NCBI GenBank assembly: GCA_965219925.1
Contig: OZ244795.1
Location: 199,395-263,394, forward strand
DNA: 64,000 nt
Reading direction: 5' to 3'
Origin: Dehalococcoidia bacterium
GTDB taxonomy: Bacteria; Chloroflexota; Dehalococcoidia; Lucifugimonadales; UBA3495
Below the pieces are notes generated by a model. It ran no database searches. It worked only from the letters and a program-made list of their open reading frames with translations, and was not told where the DNA came from. Shown here one piece after another: positions 34,401 through 44,757 of this stretch. Numbering within the stretch: the stretch's first letter is position 1; every line of letters starts with the position of its first letter. Position numbers and translations under genes: made by a program.

Positions 34401-37171
34401 GCTGTGCCGCTGGCGAATTCGGCGCCGGAGACGGATACCACGGTGTCCCGGGGCTGGTTGGCCGGGGTGATGGTGGCGGCGTTGCTGGTTGTGCTGCCGG
34501 CGGTGATGGTAAGGGTCGTGGGGGAGGCGGAGCCGTTGGCGACGAGCAGGTTCACGGTGATCGGGAAGGGCGCCCCCTTGGGGAACCGGGCCTGTACGGT
34601 CCCGTCCTGGTTGCGTTCAAGGTTGACCGGGAAGTTGAACCGGTTGGCGATCCCAGGTTCGGTTCGGACGTAGTTGCCTTTGTTCTCCAGGAGGTTGACT
34701 TCCGTGAGGTGGCGCATGCCGGCGAAGAAGTCATCGGGGAGGTCCCTCAGTCTGTTGACCTGCAGGCCCAGGGTTCTGAGCTCGGGTGTGTTGGAGAGCA
34801 GGTCTGCCGGGACGGCACGCAGTTTGTTGTTGGATAGCGTGAGGCGGTGGAGATTCCCCAGGCCCTGGAATTTAGCTGCGGTGAAACTGCCGGTTTTGTT
34901 GTTGTAGAGGTTGAGCTCTCTGAGATTGGAGAGGTTGGAGAAGGCCCCGTCGTCGATCTCGGTCAGCCGGCTGCTGTAGAGCCACAGTTCACTGAGTTGT
35001 GTGTTCCGGGCGAAGGTATCGGTGGTGACGGCGCCGATCTGGGTGCTGCCCAGGTAGATTTTCCGGAGGTCCGTGAGCCCGTCCAGCAGGCCGTCCTGGA
35101 GGGCGGTGATGGGGTTGTAGTCGAGGCTCAGCACTCTGATTCCCGACAGTCCTTCGAAATCGTGGTCCCTGAAGGTGGTGATGCGCTGGCCGGCGAGGTT
35201 CATTTCCCCGGTGACCAGCGGGAGGTGTTCGGGAACGACGTCGGAGCACTGGGAGACCGGTGGGAGAGGCCCTGTGTTGATGTTTCGGAGCTGGTCGACC
35301 ACGTCGTCACGTACGGCGGGGGTGCGGTCGCAGATGCCGGTTCGGATGGTCAGGGCGATGTCCACGGCTGTTGCCAGCCAGTAGTCGTCCGCCTGGCCCG
35401 GGGCGGGTTCCAGTAGGCTCACCAGCAGAGTTTCCCTCTGGGGTTCGGAGTGGTCCTGGTCGCTGACGATCGTGATGCTGATGCTGGCATCGGTTGCCCC
35501 AGACGGTATGGTGACCTGGCCGTTGCCCGGGTCGGTGTAGTCCGCGGCGCTGGCGTCGGCGGTGTCCGGGTCGGTGTCCGGTTTGACGGCGTATCTGACG
35601 GTGGTGTCTTCGTCATCAGCCCGGTCGGCGCTCACTCTGATGTCCACGGTTTCGCCCTCGGCCGTGTTGAGGGAGTTGACAGTGAGTGAGACGACTTGGG
35701 GAAATTCCGGCTCCAGGCTGTCCCCTGCTGCGGCTTGCAGTCCGCTGTGGGCGCCGGAGGTGAACCTTGGGGAGGTCACGTCGATGGTGACTTCGGCAGC
35801 GTGGTCCCGGTCGGGCGTCATGGTGAAGATGCCGCCGTCCTTGTTGGCCTTGGCGATGGATACGGAGTTTGGTGAAAGGGTCGTGTGCTGGGCGGTCAAT
35901 TGGGCGGCCATGGGAAATGGCGCGTCTTGGGAGAGGGTTGCGGCCATGGTGGTCGGGCCGGTTTGCGTGAGGTCTATCACGAAGGGGAATGGCGCTCCCG
36001 GGTTGCCCGCCATTTTGAGGGTGTCCAGTTGGGCGAGGCCGTTGAATACGCCGTCCGGCAGAGACCCGATGGAGTTGTCCGAGAGGTCCAGGGCGGTGAG
36101 CCCGGCGGGCAGGCCTGCCGGGACGGAGGTCAGAGAGTTGCCCCGGAGGTTGATGCTGGTCAGGGTTCGCAGTTGGGCGAAGGTCCCGCTGGGCAATGCT
36201 GAGAGGGAGTTGCCTGACAGGTCAAGGGCGGTGATGGACGGCTCGTGGCTGATTGTCGTGGTGGTGGTCTCGCTGGTGGTCTCGACGGGGAAGTAGGAAC
36301 CGCTTTGCGAAGAGCTGGGCTGGGTGTTGTACACTCCGCCTCCGCGGGCGGCCAGGTCTCGCATGTTGGCATTGGCGCCGGCGGTCGAGATGGCGCTGAC
36401 CTTGACGCCGTTGGCGGAGTTGGTGGACATGGTGTTGTGAAGGCTGCTGGACAGGTTGAACCCGCCGTCGCTGAACACGATGATGCCGACGGGTAACGCG
36501 GTGTCCGGCCGGCTGGCGGCCTGGCGGTACGCTCCGGTGAGGGCACGGTCTATGTCGGTGTTGCCGTTGGAAGAGAGGCTGTTGATGGCGTTGTTCAGGC
36601 GGTTGGGTTCGGTGGTGAAACCCTGCGCCGTGTGGGCGGTGCCCGAGAAGGCCACGACTGCCATTGGCATGCCGTCTGGCCTGTTGGCGACCAGCCACCG
36701 GGCGCCTGACTTTGCGGTGCGGAGCTCTCCTTTCATGGAGCCGGACTGGTCGATCACGGCGATGACGTAGCCGTTCCGGCTGGTCTCCGTGGTCGAGTGG
36801 GTGTGGCTCTGGTGGCGGAGTTGTTGGAGCAGGTTCTCGGGTATATGCGAGAGTAGGTTCCCGGATGCGTCTATCCCGGTTATGCCGGACATTCCCTGGA
36901 AGTCCGCAGCCGAAAGGGCAGTGATGCCCTGGCCTGATATGTCGAGGGTCCCGGAGAGACCCCGCAGGTGTTCACCGGTTACGTCGGAACATTGGCTTAT
37001 GCTGGGCAGTTTTGCCAGGACGGAGTTTTGGACTGCTTGGTTGCGGTCGCAGAGCCCCGGCAACTCTTCGTGTGCCGACGCTGTATTGCCGTTCGGTGTG
37101 GCGATTGCCAGGATGGCAACGACGGCCAGCAGTGCGGCGGCCAGGATGGATTGGTGGATGAGGCGGTTCAT
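34310..37171 (-). CDS. secreted LRR-vWA-LRR-Calx-beta-like-LRR protein (953 aa)
   Basis: AGGAGAA SD. Signal peptide. LRR cap GLCDRNQAVQNSVLAKLPSISQCSDVTGEHL. vWA MIDAS VIDQSGSM ... IIVFSDGG. ADYTDPGNGQVTIPSGATDASISITIVSDQDHSEP (Calx-beta-like). Second cap GICDRTPAVRDDVVDQL. Confidence 0.85.
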   Translation of the reverse strand: MNRLIHQSILAAALLAVVAILAIATPNGNTASAHEELPGLCDRNQAVQNSVLAKLPSISQCSDVTGEHLRGLSGTLDISGQGITALSAADFQGMSGITGIDASGNLLSHIPENLLQQLRHQSHTHSTTETSRNGYVIAVIDQSGSMKGELRTAKSGARWLVANRPDGMPMAVVAFSGTAHTAQGFTTEPNRLNNAINSLSSNGNTDIDRALTGAYRQAASRPDTALPVGIIVFSDGGFNLSSSLHNTMSTNSANGVKVSAISTAGANANMRDLAARGGGVYNTQPSSSQSGSYFPVETTSETTTTTISHEPSITALDLSGNSLSALPSGTFAQLRTLTSINLRGNSLTSVPAGLPAGLTALDLSDNSIGSLPDGVFNGLAQLDTLKMAGNPGAPFPFVIDLTQTGPTTMAATLSQDAPFPMAAQLTAQHTTLSPNSVSIAKANKDGGIFTMTPDRDHAAEVTIDVTSPRFTSGAHSGLQAAAGDSLEPEFPQVVSLTVNSLNTAEGETVDIRVSADRADDEDTTVRYAVKPDTDPDTADASAADYTDPGNGQVTIPSGATDASISITIVSDQDHSEPQRETLLVSLLEPAPGQADDYWLATAVDIALTIRTGICDRTPAVRDDVVDQLRNINTGPLPPVSQCSDVVPEHLPLVTGEMNLAGQRITTFRDHDFEGLSGIRVLSLDYNPITALQDGLLDGLTDLRKIYLGSTQIGAVTTDTFARNTQLSELWLYSSRLTEIDDGAFSNLSNLRELNLYNNKTGSFTAAKFQGLGNLHRLTLSNNKLRAVPADLLSNTPELRTLGLQVNRLRDLPDDFFAGMRHLTEVNLLENKGNYVRTEPGIANRFNFPVNLERNQDGTVQARFPKGAPFPITVNLLVANGSASPTTLTITAGSTTSNAATITPANQPRDTVVSVSGAEFASGTAKGLTPVPGPDLKIPAPASWKPEKQPSPRP

Positions 37172-37347
37172 TTCTGTTCTCCTGTCCTTTGTTTTGGAAT
37201 GGCGCTGAATTCAAGTCGGCGTCTGGAACCGGCCTGAGGATTTGTCGTTTGGGTTTGTCGAAGTTGGACGGACCCGGTTTGATCTGTACCCCGCAGTGGT
37301 CGGGTCGGTTGGGGCGACCAGGGAAGGCAGGACTTGGTGACCTCCTG

Positions 37348-40300
37348 CTATTCCCAGGTCCGGGCGTAGGCGCGGTGGGAGATTGGGCTGAGCGGGTTCT
37401 CGAATCCGTCGCGGTACGCGGCCACTCCGTACTCGTAGGTGACTCCCGGCTCGGCCGTGTAGTCGACGTACGACGTGGCGGCGCTGCCGGTCTGGGGGAT
37501 CAGGACGTGGTCCTGGTAGGAGTGCCCGAGTGTTCTGGTGTCGGAGATGGGCTTCCGGTAGATGCGGTAGCTGTCCACCTGGTGACCGGTCCTTTCGGGT
37601 GCGTACCAGGTCAGGCTGACGGCGCTGCCGTCGCGGATGGAGATGTTCAGCGAGCGCGGTATGTCATCCCACTGATGCGCGGCTTCCGGGATGGTGGCGG
37701 TAACGGTGACGCCCTCCTGGTGGGGGCCGAGGATGCCGACGTGGTTTTGGGCCAGGACCCGGAAGGTGTACCCGCTGTCGTGGCCCATGTTGATGCGTTG
37801 AGTGGTGACCTGTCCGCCGGCTGCGGACACGTTGCTGTAGGTGTCGGAGTCCTTCCACTTGCCTTGAATGATGTAGCGATTGGGAGCCCCGCTTGCGGGT
37901 TCTTCCCAGTGGAGGCGGACGCTGGCGGCGCTTTCACGGTTGGCGGTGAGGGTCGGGATGGCCGTTGGTGTGGCGATGGTCGCCCGCTGGATGGCGGACC
38001 AGTCCCCGGGCTGGTCGTCAATGAGCGCGCGCATCCGGTAGTCGTGGTACGACTGGTCAGCCGACCAGTCGGCCAGGAAGTGCCCAGCGACGTCGTGCTG
38101 GGTCCAATCGCCGTCGTCGATGCGCTGTTGCAGCTGGTAGCCGGTGACGCCGTCGGATGTCGAGCTGGACCACCGCACCAGCATCCTGGCGCCGAAGGGT
38201 CTGAATATCAGGAGTCGCGGCGGAGATGCTCCCTGGCGCCAGACTGCGGTGGCGACGTCGCTCCATGCGCTGTTGCCGCCGGCGTTGTGGGCGCGGACCC
38301 GGTATTCGTAGGTGGCGCCGGCTGCTGGCCCAGTGTGCCGGTGGCTCAGCTGGGTGGCCGGCACGTCGGCGCGGGTCCAGTCCGCCGTATTCTGCCGACG
38401 GTGTTCGACGCGGTAGCCGTCGATGAAGGCGCTGCCGGGGGCCGTCCAGGTGACCAGGATGTCGTCTCCGTCGATGACGGCGGTTACGCCGGTCGGCTTG
38501 GTGGGTGGGATGACCCACCTGGCGGTGGCCGGGCCGGCCCACGGGCCGTGGCCGGCGTCGTTGTGGGCGCGTACCCGGTAGTTGTACTCGGTGTCGCCTT
38601 GCGCGCCGATGTGCGTGAACTCGCCCTGGTCGGCTGTCATCTGGACAGTGGCGGTCTCCGCCGTGCCGGAGACGCCGTACTCAACCTCGTAGGCGGTGAC
38701 GATCCCGGTGGTCGGCGGGCTCCATGTGACGATGATGTCGCTGGCTTGGGCGCGTGCCGACAGGTCGGTGGGAGCGCCGGGGGTCAGCAGCCTGGTGGCG
38801 CTGAAGGTGTCGGACCAGGGGCCGTTGCCGGCGCTGTTGTGCGCCCGGACCCGGTACTGGTAGGCGACGCCTTCGGTGTTGTCGCGGTGGGTGAAGGCAG
38901 TCTCGGTGGTTGCCAGGCCGACGGTCTGGCGCTCTTCCAATGCCTCTTCGCCGTAGCTGACGTGGTACCCGTCCGGTGTGCCGACTTCGGGGGCGGCCCA
39001 GGACAGGACGATGTTGGTCGCTCCCATTGCTACCGAGACGCTGGTGGGGACGGACGGGAGCAGCACTCGGGTGATCTCCACGTCGTCGGACCACGGGCTG
39101 TCGCCGCCGTCGTTGTGGGCCTTGACGCCCATGTAATGGGTTACGTCGCCGGCGACGTCGGCCAGCCGGTAGCTGGTCTGGCTTTCCGGGAGCAGTCCGC
39201 TCTCGGTGGGTTCGTCTTGGTCGCCCACTTGGTGACGTACGGTATATCCGCTTATATGCACGGATTGTGGCCGCCCCCAGGTGAGGACGATGTCGCCGTC
39301 TTCCAGGGCGGCGTTGACGTTTACGGGGACGCCCGGTGGAGTGACTCGGATGGATTCGGCTGGTTCTGACCAGGGCCCGTTGCCGGCTGAGTTGTAGGCT
39401 TGGACGGCGTAGCGGTGCGTGACGTCGGCTGCTGCGTCGGCGTGGCGGTAGCTGGTCTCGGTGATGTTTTCGGCCAGCGTTTGTGGCGCGCCTTCGCCGG
39501 TGCGATGCCGGACCCGGTAGCCGTCGATGACCGAGTGCTCGGGCGCCGTCCAGGACAGGATGTTGTCGTTCTCTTCCGAGCTGGCGCTGAGCCCGGTGGG
39601 TTGGCCGGGAGTTGCGACCAGCGTGACGGGTTCGGATGCGGTCCAGGTGGAGCCGCCGTATTGGTTGCGGTGCTGCACCCGGTAGCGGTAAGCCACGTTG
39701 GGTTGCGCCGTGTCGTCGGAGTGGCTGCTGTCCGTGGTGTCAACGAGAGTGGTCCAGTCGCCGTCGGTTTGCTGGCGGGCGACGCGGTATTCGACCGCGG
39801 TTCCGGCCGTCGGCGTCGACCAGGACAGCTCGATCGTGCCGTCGCCGGTGGTGGCGGTCAGGCCCGACGGCGCTGCCGGAGCTTCGATGGCGGCGGTGTT
39901 GGACGGTTCGCTGATGTTGTGGGCGCTGTAGGCTATGACCAGGTAGGAGTAGGTGACTCCGGCCTCGACGGTGGCGTCTACCAGGAGGGTCTGGGTGGTC
40001 AGTTCGTCGAGGGTTGCTCCCGCGAGGGTGACGGGTGTGTCGGTTCCTTTGGAGGGATCCGGTCCCAGGTACCGGTGTACCGAGTAGCCGACGATGTCCG
40101 CTCCCGCGGTTGGAGCGTGCCACGACAGCGAGACGTTGCCGTCGAAGGGATCGGCGATCGAGGCGGTCAGTCCCGTGGGCGGCAGCACGGGTTGCGAGAA
40201 TACGGTTACCGCGGTTTCGGACGAGCTCGCGCCAATGGCGTTGCGGGCGGCCACCCGGTAGGTGTAGCTCGTGCTGAAGGCGGCGGTGTTGTCGCTGAAC

Positions 40301-40899
40301 GACGTTGCGCCGGCGTCCGCGGTGCCGAGTTCGGTTTCCTGGTCGCCGTCGGAACGGACGACGGTGTATCCGGTCAGCGGGTAGGCCGTGTCGCACTGGT
40401 CGGCTGCGGGCACCGTGGATGCCAGCCACGTCAGGTTGACGGTGGCCGTTTTGTCGGTGGACTCGGGTTCTGCTATGGCTCCGGTGAGGTCGCCGGGCGC
40501 CGATGGCTTGTCCGGGACATCTGCGGAGGCCGATTCGGATGCTGGGCTGGCGCCTTGGGGGCTGCGGGCCTCGACGGAGTAGGCGTACGTTGTTCCCGGC
40601 TCTACCGTGTGGTCGGAGAACGTGGTGGCTGCTCCGTTGGCCGAAAAGGTCTGGCCGTCGGCTCTGGTGATGGTGTAGTCGGACACCTCGGCATCTGGTG
40701 CATCCCAACTGATCCGTATGCGGGGTTTCTCACCGTCTGGGACGATCAGGTGGGCCAGGGTGTTATCCGGGGTTTCCGGCGGGCCGGTGTTGGCCGTTGC
40801 GTTGCCTTGGTGGATGACGGTTAGCAGGATTGCAGCGGCTGCCACTACGGCGGCGACCGCAACCCAAGGTCTCTTGGATGGTCTCGGTATTCGCATCAT
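37348..40899 (-). CDS. membrane-anchored or secreted protein of about a dozen tandem FN3 domains (1183 aa)
   Basis: N-terminal hydrophobic WVAVAAVVAAAAILLTVI. Repeated ~90-aa units with ..L.W..P......GY.V......Y.Y.V.A.N..G. Confidence 0.85.
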   Translation of the reverse strand: MMRIPRPSKRPWVAVAAVVAAAAILLTVIHQGNATANTGPPETPDNTLAHLIVPDGEKPRIRISWDAPDAEVSDYTITRADGQTFSANGAATTFSDHTVEPGTTYAYSVEARSPQGASPASESASADVPDKPSAPGDLTGAIAEPESTDKTATVNLTWLASTVPAADQCDTAYPLTGYTVVRSDGDQETELGTADAGATSFSDNTAAFSTSYTYRVAARNAIGASSSETAVTVFSQPVLPPTGLTASIADPFDGNVSLSWHAPTAGADIVGYSVHRYLGPDPSKGTDTPVTLAGATLDELTTQTLLVDATVEAGVTYSYLVIAYSAHNISEPSNTAAIEAPAAPSGLTATTGDGTIELSWSTPTAGTAVEYRVARQQTDGDWTTLVDTTDSSHSDDTAQPNVAYRYRVQHRNQYGGSTWTASEPVTLVATPGQPTGLSASSEENDNILSWTAPEHSVIDGYRVRHRTGEGAPQTLAENITETSYRHADAAADVTHRYAVQAYNSAGNGPWSEPAESIRVTPPGVPVNVNAALEDGDIVLTWGRPQSVHISGYTVRHQVGDQDEPTESGLLPESQTSYRLADVAGDVTHYMGVKAHNDGGDSPWSDDVEITRVLLPSVPTSVSVAMGATNIVLSWAAPEVGTPDGYHVSYGEEALEERQTVGLATTETAFTHRDNTEGVAYQYRVRAHNSAGNGPWSDTFSATRLLTPGAPTDLSARAQASDIIVTWSPPTTGIVTAYEVEYGVSGTAETATVQMTADQGEFTHIGAQGDTEYNYRVRAHNDAGHGPWAGPATARWVIPPTKPTGVTAVIDGDDILVTWTAPGSAFIDGYRVEHRRQNTADWTRADVPATQLSHRHTGPAAGATYEYRVRAHNAGGNSAWSDVATAVWRQGASPPRLLIFRPFGARMLVRWSSSTSDGVTGYQLQQRIDDGDWTQHDVAGHFLADWSADQSYHDYRMRALIDDQPGDWSAIQRATIATPTAIPTLTANRESAASVRLHWEEPASGAPNRYIIQGKWKDSDTYSNVSAAGGQVTTQRINMGHDSGYTFRVLAQNHVGILGPHQEGVTVTATIPEAAHQWDDIPRSLNISIRDGSAVSLTWYAPERTGHQVDSYRIYRKPISDTRTLGHSYQDHVLIPQTGSAATSYVDYTAEPGVTYEYGVAAYRDGFENPLSPISHRAYARTWE

Positions 40900-41040
40900 C
40901 TATCCTCAGTTTTGGTGGATAGACTTAATGTAGCGAAACACCCCGTTTCTTTATGCTGTTTAGCCCCCTCCCGGGCTTGGCGAGGCCGATTCGTGAGCAC
41001 GGGAGTTGGCAAGGTTGTTGCCGAAATTCGGAATTCAATA

Positions 41041-41243
41041 CTGCGGATTTCTCACCGTCGCTCGGTAGCGTCCATGTAAGCTGACCCGGATGTGCGGTTC
41101 CTCGCCGCCGGGGACGATCAGGTGGGACAGTGGGTTGCCGGACATGGCCGGCGGGTCTGTTCCGGCGTTGGCGTTGCCTTGGTGGACAACGGCGAGCAGG
41201 ATTGCTTCGGCGGCTATTACGGCGGCGGCCGCAAGCCCATGGT
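41041..41243 (-). pseudogene. remnant N-terminus of a paralog of the FN3 giant gene
   Basis: AAAAVIAAEAILLAVVHQGNANAGTDPPAMSGNPLSHLIVPGGEEPHIRVS versus VAVAAVVAAAAILLTVIHQGNATANTGPPETPDNTLAHLIVPDGEKPRIRIS. DNA aligns with 40690-40900. Confidence 0.7.
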
Positions 41244-41483
41244 TTAGCGGATAGATTTACCGTAGCGGATGACCTCGGGTCTTTTGGTCGTTTAGCCCGC
41301 GTCCCGGGGTGGTGTGGGCCTGATGTCGGCCTGGTTGCCGGCGTGAAGGCGGAAGATGCGCCAATGCCGTACGACGTTGTGCTTCGGCATCGAGTAGCCG
41401 GGCCTGGGGTCCGTCGAACGACCGGTTGAGGTGACGGAGTGGGCGTCCCAGTTCGTCGACGACGCGTTTCACCAGCCAAGACT

Positions 41484-41675
41484 GGATGCGATACCGGCTG
41501 GGCTTTCCCGAGTTACCGACGACAAGCCGGCCGCCCCGTTGGTCGGTGGCGGTCGGCACTACGTGGAATGGGCCAAGTGTGGTCAAACGTGGAGGCGATT
41601 TCGCTACTCGGGATCTGGTTGAGCGGCGGCAGAAAGCGGGCACCATAGCGACGAATATCGTTTCGGCGTTTCGCC
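41484..41675 (+). repeat. GC-rich multi-hairpin repeat (H family), copy H1
   Basis: GGATGCGATACCGGCTGGGCTTTCCCGAGTTACCGACGACAAGCCGGCCGCCCCGTTGGTCGGTGGCGGTCGGC aligns with 47723-47800. Confidence 0.6.
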
Positions 41676-41896
41676 AGTCCTTGCCACAGTTTTATACCGT
41701 CGGCGAAATTGCTATGCGGACGGGGGTTTCGGTAACTGGGTCCGATGTCCGACCGGATCGCCCAAGTCAGCCGCCTGGAAATCATCGGGGATATGGGACA
41801 TCTAGGTTCCCGTGGACGCATCGCTCCGCGGTCTGTCTAGGAGAGGCTCTCCGGATCCTGAACGGAGAGCCGGAAGACTGGCCGTGCCTCGTTTAA

Positions 41897-42412
41897 TCAA
41901 GCTGGTCCGCGCGCCCGGCGCTTGGCCATCACGAGGTGTATGGCCTCAATTATGCCGGCGATGCCCCAGGCGGGCAGGGATACGAGCACTATCAGGCCAC
42001 CCAGAAATAGCGCGAACATCGGGAGGTCGGGGCTGTCGACGCAACTTCCGAAGCTGTAGGGCGTGTCGTCGTGGTCGCACGCGGTATGCAAGTAGGCGAC
42101 AAACCCTATGGCGACCAGTGACGCGCCGATTGAGGGCAGGGCGAGCGTGACAGCCACGATGTCAGCCCGTCGCCAAGTTGCCCACAGCGAGAGGTGGATC
42201 ACGACAGCAGCTGCCCAAACGATAGCCATCGGCAGGAGCAGGCCGCTCCAGATAACGCTGGCGTCCTGTAATTCATGGCCGACGCGGCCGATGCTCAGCA
42301 TGATGGGCAGCAGCCAGGCTAAGGGTGCCCACACTGGGCCAGCGAGCGTCCACAGGTAAAACCAGCGCGGGATGCGGCGCATGGCCAATCGGGCCTTCAC
42401 TGTTTTGTTCAT
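41897..42412 (-). CDS. polytopic membrane protein (171 aa)
   Basis: GGGAG SD 7 nt upstream of ATG 42412 (MNKTVKARLAMRR). Four or five hydrophobic helices. Confidence 0.6.
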   Translation of the reverse strand: MNKTVKARLAMRRIPRWFYLWTLAGPVWAPLAWLLPIMLSIGRVGHELQDASVIWSGLLLPMAIVWAAAVVIHLSLWATWRRADIVAVTLALPSIGASLVAIGFVAYLHTACDHDDTPYSFGSCVDSPDLPMFALFLGGLIVLVSLPAWGIAGIIEAIHLVMAKRRARGPA

Positions 42413-42640
42413 AGCTCGCTCCCTGCGTTGCCCTGCTTGGTCGTTGCGCGCGGGCAGTGTAGCACTGGCTACGACGATTGCATTTGCGGTAGGTGTGGGT
42501 GATTTGTCTACCCCGACATACTCGAGTAGCGAAATTGCCTCAAACGTGCGAACCTCGAAGTGGCGCATTAGGTCAGGCAGTTGCTATACTATTTATCCGT
42601 TGGGGATCTCTGACGTTTGCCCCGCGGGTTCGGAGGTGTG

Positions 42641-42883
42641 ATGAACGCTTATCGCTGGACGGTACGGGTAGCGCTCGGTGGTGTCACGTTGTTGGTCCTT
42701 TGGGGTGTGTTCGTCGCCGTTGCCCGGATCTTCGACCTGGTCATCGCCGGCGTGTATCCAGAGGCGTGGGTGTTGACCGCCATGATGACAGCGCCGTTCA
42801 CCATCGGTACCATAGCTGCTTTAGTTATTGGGACGGCCTTGGTCGAAAAGGTCCTGGGCCGTCGGCGCTCGGCCGCTGCCTGA
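42641..42883 (+). CDS. small membrane protein (80 aa)
   Basis: GGAGG lies 4-5 nt upstream of ATG 42641. Two hydrophobic helices. Followed by a terminator. A decayed paralog is at 9817..10031. Confidence 0.65.
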   Translation: MNAYRWTVRVALGGVTLLVLWGVFVAVARIFDLVIAGVYPEAWVLTAMMTAPFTIGTIAALVIGTALVEKVLGRRRSAAA

Positions 42884-42921
42884 TCTCCGGGCTTCATTTC
42901 TTGCTGGGCCATCGTGCGGCA

Positions 42922-42962
42922 ATGGGCGGCTCGATTGAGCCGCCCATCGTGAGTCGTTTTTG
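42922..42962 (+). terminator. intrinsic terminator, conserved hairpin family copy 2
   Basis: ATGGGCGGCTC-GATT-GAGCCGCCCAT then CGTGAGTCGTTTTT. Confidence 0.7.
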
Positions 42963-43059
42963 GGTGATGAATGGCACGGCCGGAACGGCCGCTGCCCCTT
43001 GGTTTCAGCTCGTTGTCCCGAAAACGGTGGCGAAGTCCTGACGGGTTCTCTACAAAAAG

Positions 43060-43205
43060 TCGACCGGCCCTGTTGGCCGGTGACGGCCGGCGTCGCCGTC
43101 AGTCTGCGCCGCTTTCCTGGTCCCGTTACCGGATGGTTCCGCGCTACTGCCGGGTCTCATCCTTTTGGGGCGGGCGTAAAACGAGCTTCGCAACGCGTCG
43201 GCGGC
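43060..43205 (+). repeat. H-family repeat, copy H2
   Basis: ACCGGCCCTGTTGGCCGGTGACGGCCGGCGTCGCC...CGCGCTACTGCCGGGTCTCATCC..TGGGGCGGGCGTAAAACGAGCTTCG aligns with H3 (45630-45774). Confidence 0.6.
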
Positions 43206-43440
43206 GGCGATGAAGTCTCCTCCGGCAAGGGCGGGGCCCCAGGGTCATCATCTTGTCGCCGGTGACGGCTCGGCCCGGCGCATGGCCCAAGTCCAGGTGT
43301 CGGTCAACCAGTTGTGGCAGTCCAAGATGCCGGGCTAGGATGGCTGGCAGGAATAGCCCAGCATCGGGCACCAGGTGGTGGTCGTCAAAGGCGATGTGGG
43401 TCTGGCCCGGGTAGATGCGTGGTAGCGTCTATTGGGTGCT
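43206..43440 (-). pseudogene. IS1380-like transposase N-terminal fragment (frameshifted, truncated by H2)
   Basis: IYPGQTHIAFDDHHLVPDAGLFLPAILARHLGLPQLVDRHLDLGHAPGRAVTGDKMMTL, then in a shifted frame ALAGGDFIAAADALRS. Confidence 0.45.
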
Positions 43441-43544
43441 CCTTGTTTTGGGACCTGATGTCAAAAATACGGGATCTCCACCGGTTTCGGAGCTCCAGAC
43501 GATGTCCCCAAGGTCTTTTGGCTGAAACCCATGACGGCTCTATT

Positions 43545-43701
43545 TTCGGTCCTGAAAAACGTGCTCTCAGGCCGGTTTAATGCCCGGGATGACTTCTGGG
43601 TTGTCCAAGTGGCAAAAAAGCCGTCACAGCTCGTATTTGTACCCTCTATGGCGATTTCTCAGCAATATCTGATGCCCAGTTTTTGGTTCTTGGGCCGGGG
43701 C
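43545..43701 (+). repeat. 157-bp interspersed repeat, copy 2
   Basis: See 2781..2937. Confidence 0.85.
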
Positions 43702-43764
43702 AGTCTTGGACATGAAAAACCTGCGCTTCTTTCGGTGCGCAGGTACGTTGCGATTGTTCGGGGT

Positions 43765-43806
43765 AGGGGCGGCTCGGTCGAGCCTCCCATCGTGAGTGGT
43801 TTTTGC
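43765..43806 (+). terminator. conserved hairpin family copy 3 (stem slightly degraded)
   Basis: AGGGGCGGCTC-GGTC-GAGCCTCCCAT then CGTGAGTGGTTTTTGCC. Confidence 0.5.
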
Positions 43807-43877
43807 CCTGGTGTTCGTCAGCGGGCCATCGTTAGCGCGCGGCTTCCTCGTTGATAAAGGAATTCACCGTATGGGGG

Positions 43878-44757
43878 TCAGCGTACTTCGAAAACCATCC
43901 ATCCAGACCTGTTGCTGTGTCCTTGCCGCGACCGTACTTGGGACGTGTTGGTGACCGATGCCAGATACACTTGCTCGCCATTCGCTTGGCGGATTGTAAG
44001 CGCGAATGGTTCGCCACCGCTCACTAGCTGCATGGCGTGGACCTCGTCTCCTGACCAGCTGTTGCCCCAGTCAAGGCGTACCCTCAGGGAGCTGTCTTCA
44101 CGTATGTACTCCAGTTCCTCGTCGGTTGCGGTAACGGAAAACCAATCCGTCGGTGCCGGCGTGAATCCTGCTCTGGTGGGCATTTCGCCTGGTGGCAGTT
44201 CTGGAGTGTCTTGTGGAGCGATGTAAAAGATGCCAAAGGTGCGGCTCTGGGGGATGGCGCCAACGGGTGTGGGTGGTGGAACGGTGGACCGGCTTGCGGT
44301 TCCCCTTACTTTGACCGCAATCTTGCGGGCGATCACTTCGACGCTGTCGGTGAGCGAGTTCAGAGCGAATATGTTGGTGAGGGAAAGGCTGCGCTGCGAG
44401 ATCTCGGCCATGGTGAGGCGGTGCCAGATGGGCAGTATCACGCGTTCCCCGGCGTTTTGCCTCGCGACGAGGCCATCAAACTCGTACTGGGGCCAGTGCT
44501 TCTCGAAGAATTTCGGTGAGAAAACCACGAGACCGTAGCGACTCTGCAGTAACCCTTGGTCGATCTTGTCTCGTACGCTGTCGCCAATGTCGTAGCTCCG
44601 CTTTTTGCTGACCGTCTCCGAGAAGGTTGTCCGGCCGTCGTTGTTGCTGCCTGCGTTCTCTCCGGACGTGAAGACCCGGCTGCCCTTGGAACTCCACGGT
44701 CTCGGGTTCGTATTGAACGACCTTGTTGCCGTCTGACACGTCGTTGCGGACCAGCAC
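43878..44757 (-). pseudogene. TIR-domain protein with unknown C-terminal domain; apparent frameshift near 44675-44685
   Basis: RVFTSGENAG..YDIGDSVRDKIDQGLLQSRYGLVVFSPKFFEKHWPQYEFDGLVARQ..RVILPIWH is TIR-like, including the W..E(F/L)DG glutamate. This frame has no start codon. A GTG-initiated frame (44757) runs into it one base out of register. Confidence 0.6.

Noticed and set aside
37189-40824. 726-aa and 474-aa plus-strand ORFs (37189..39369 and 39400..40824)
   Set aside because: They are antisense to the FN3-repeat gene 37348..40899. The translations are Gly/Val/Arg-rich with no domain signatures.
41257-41896. Overlapping 100-136-aa ORFs on both strands; I considered a group II intron maturase or transposase fragment
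   Set aside because: No diagnostic motif was found (no RT, DDE or HNH). The region is partly occupied by H-family repeat H1. It is left unannotated as probable debris.
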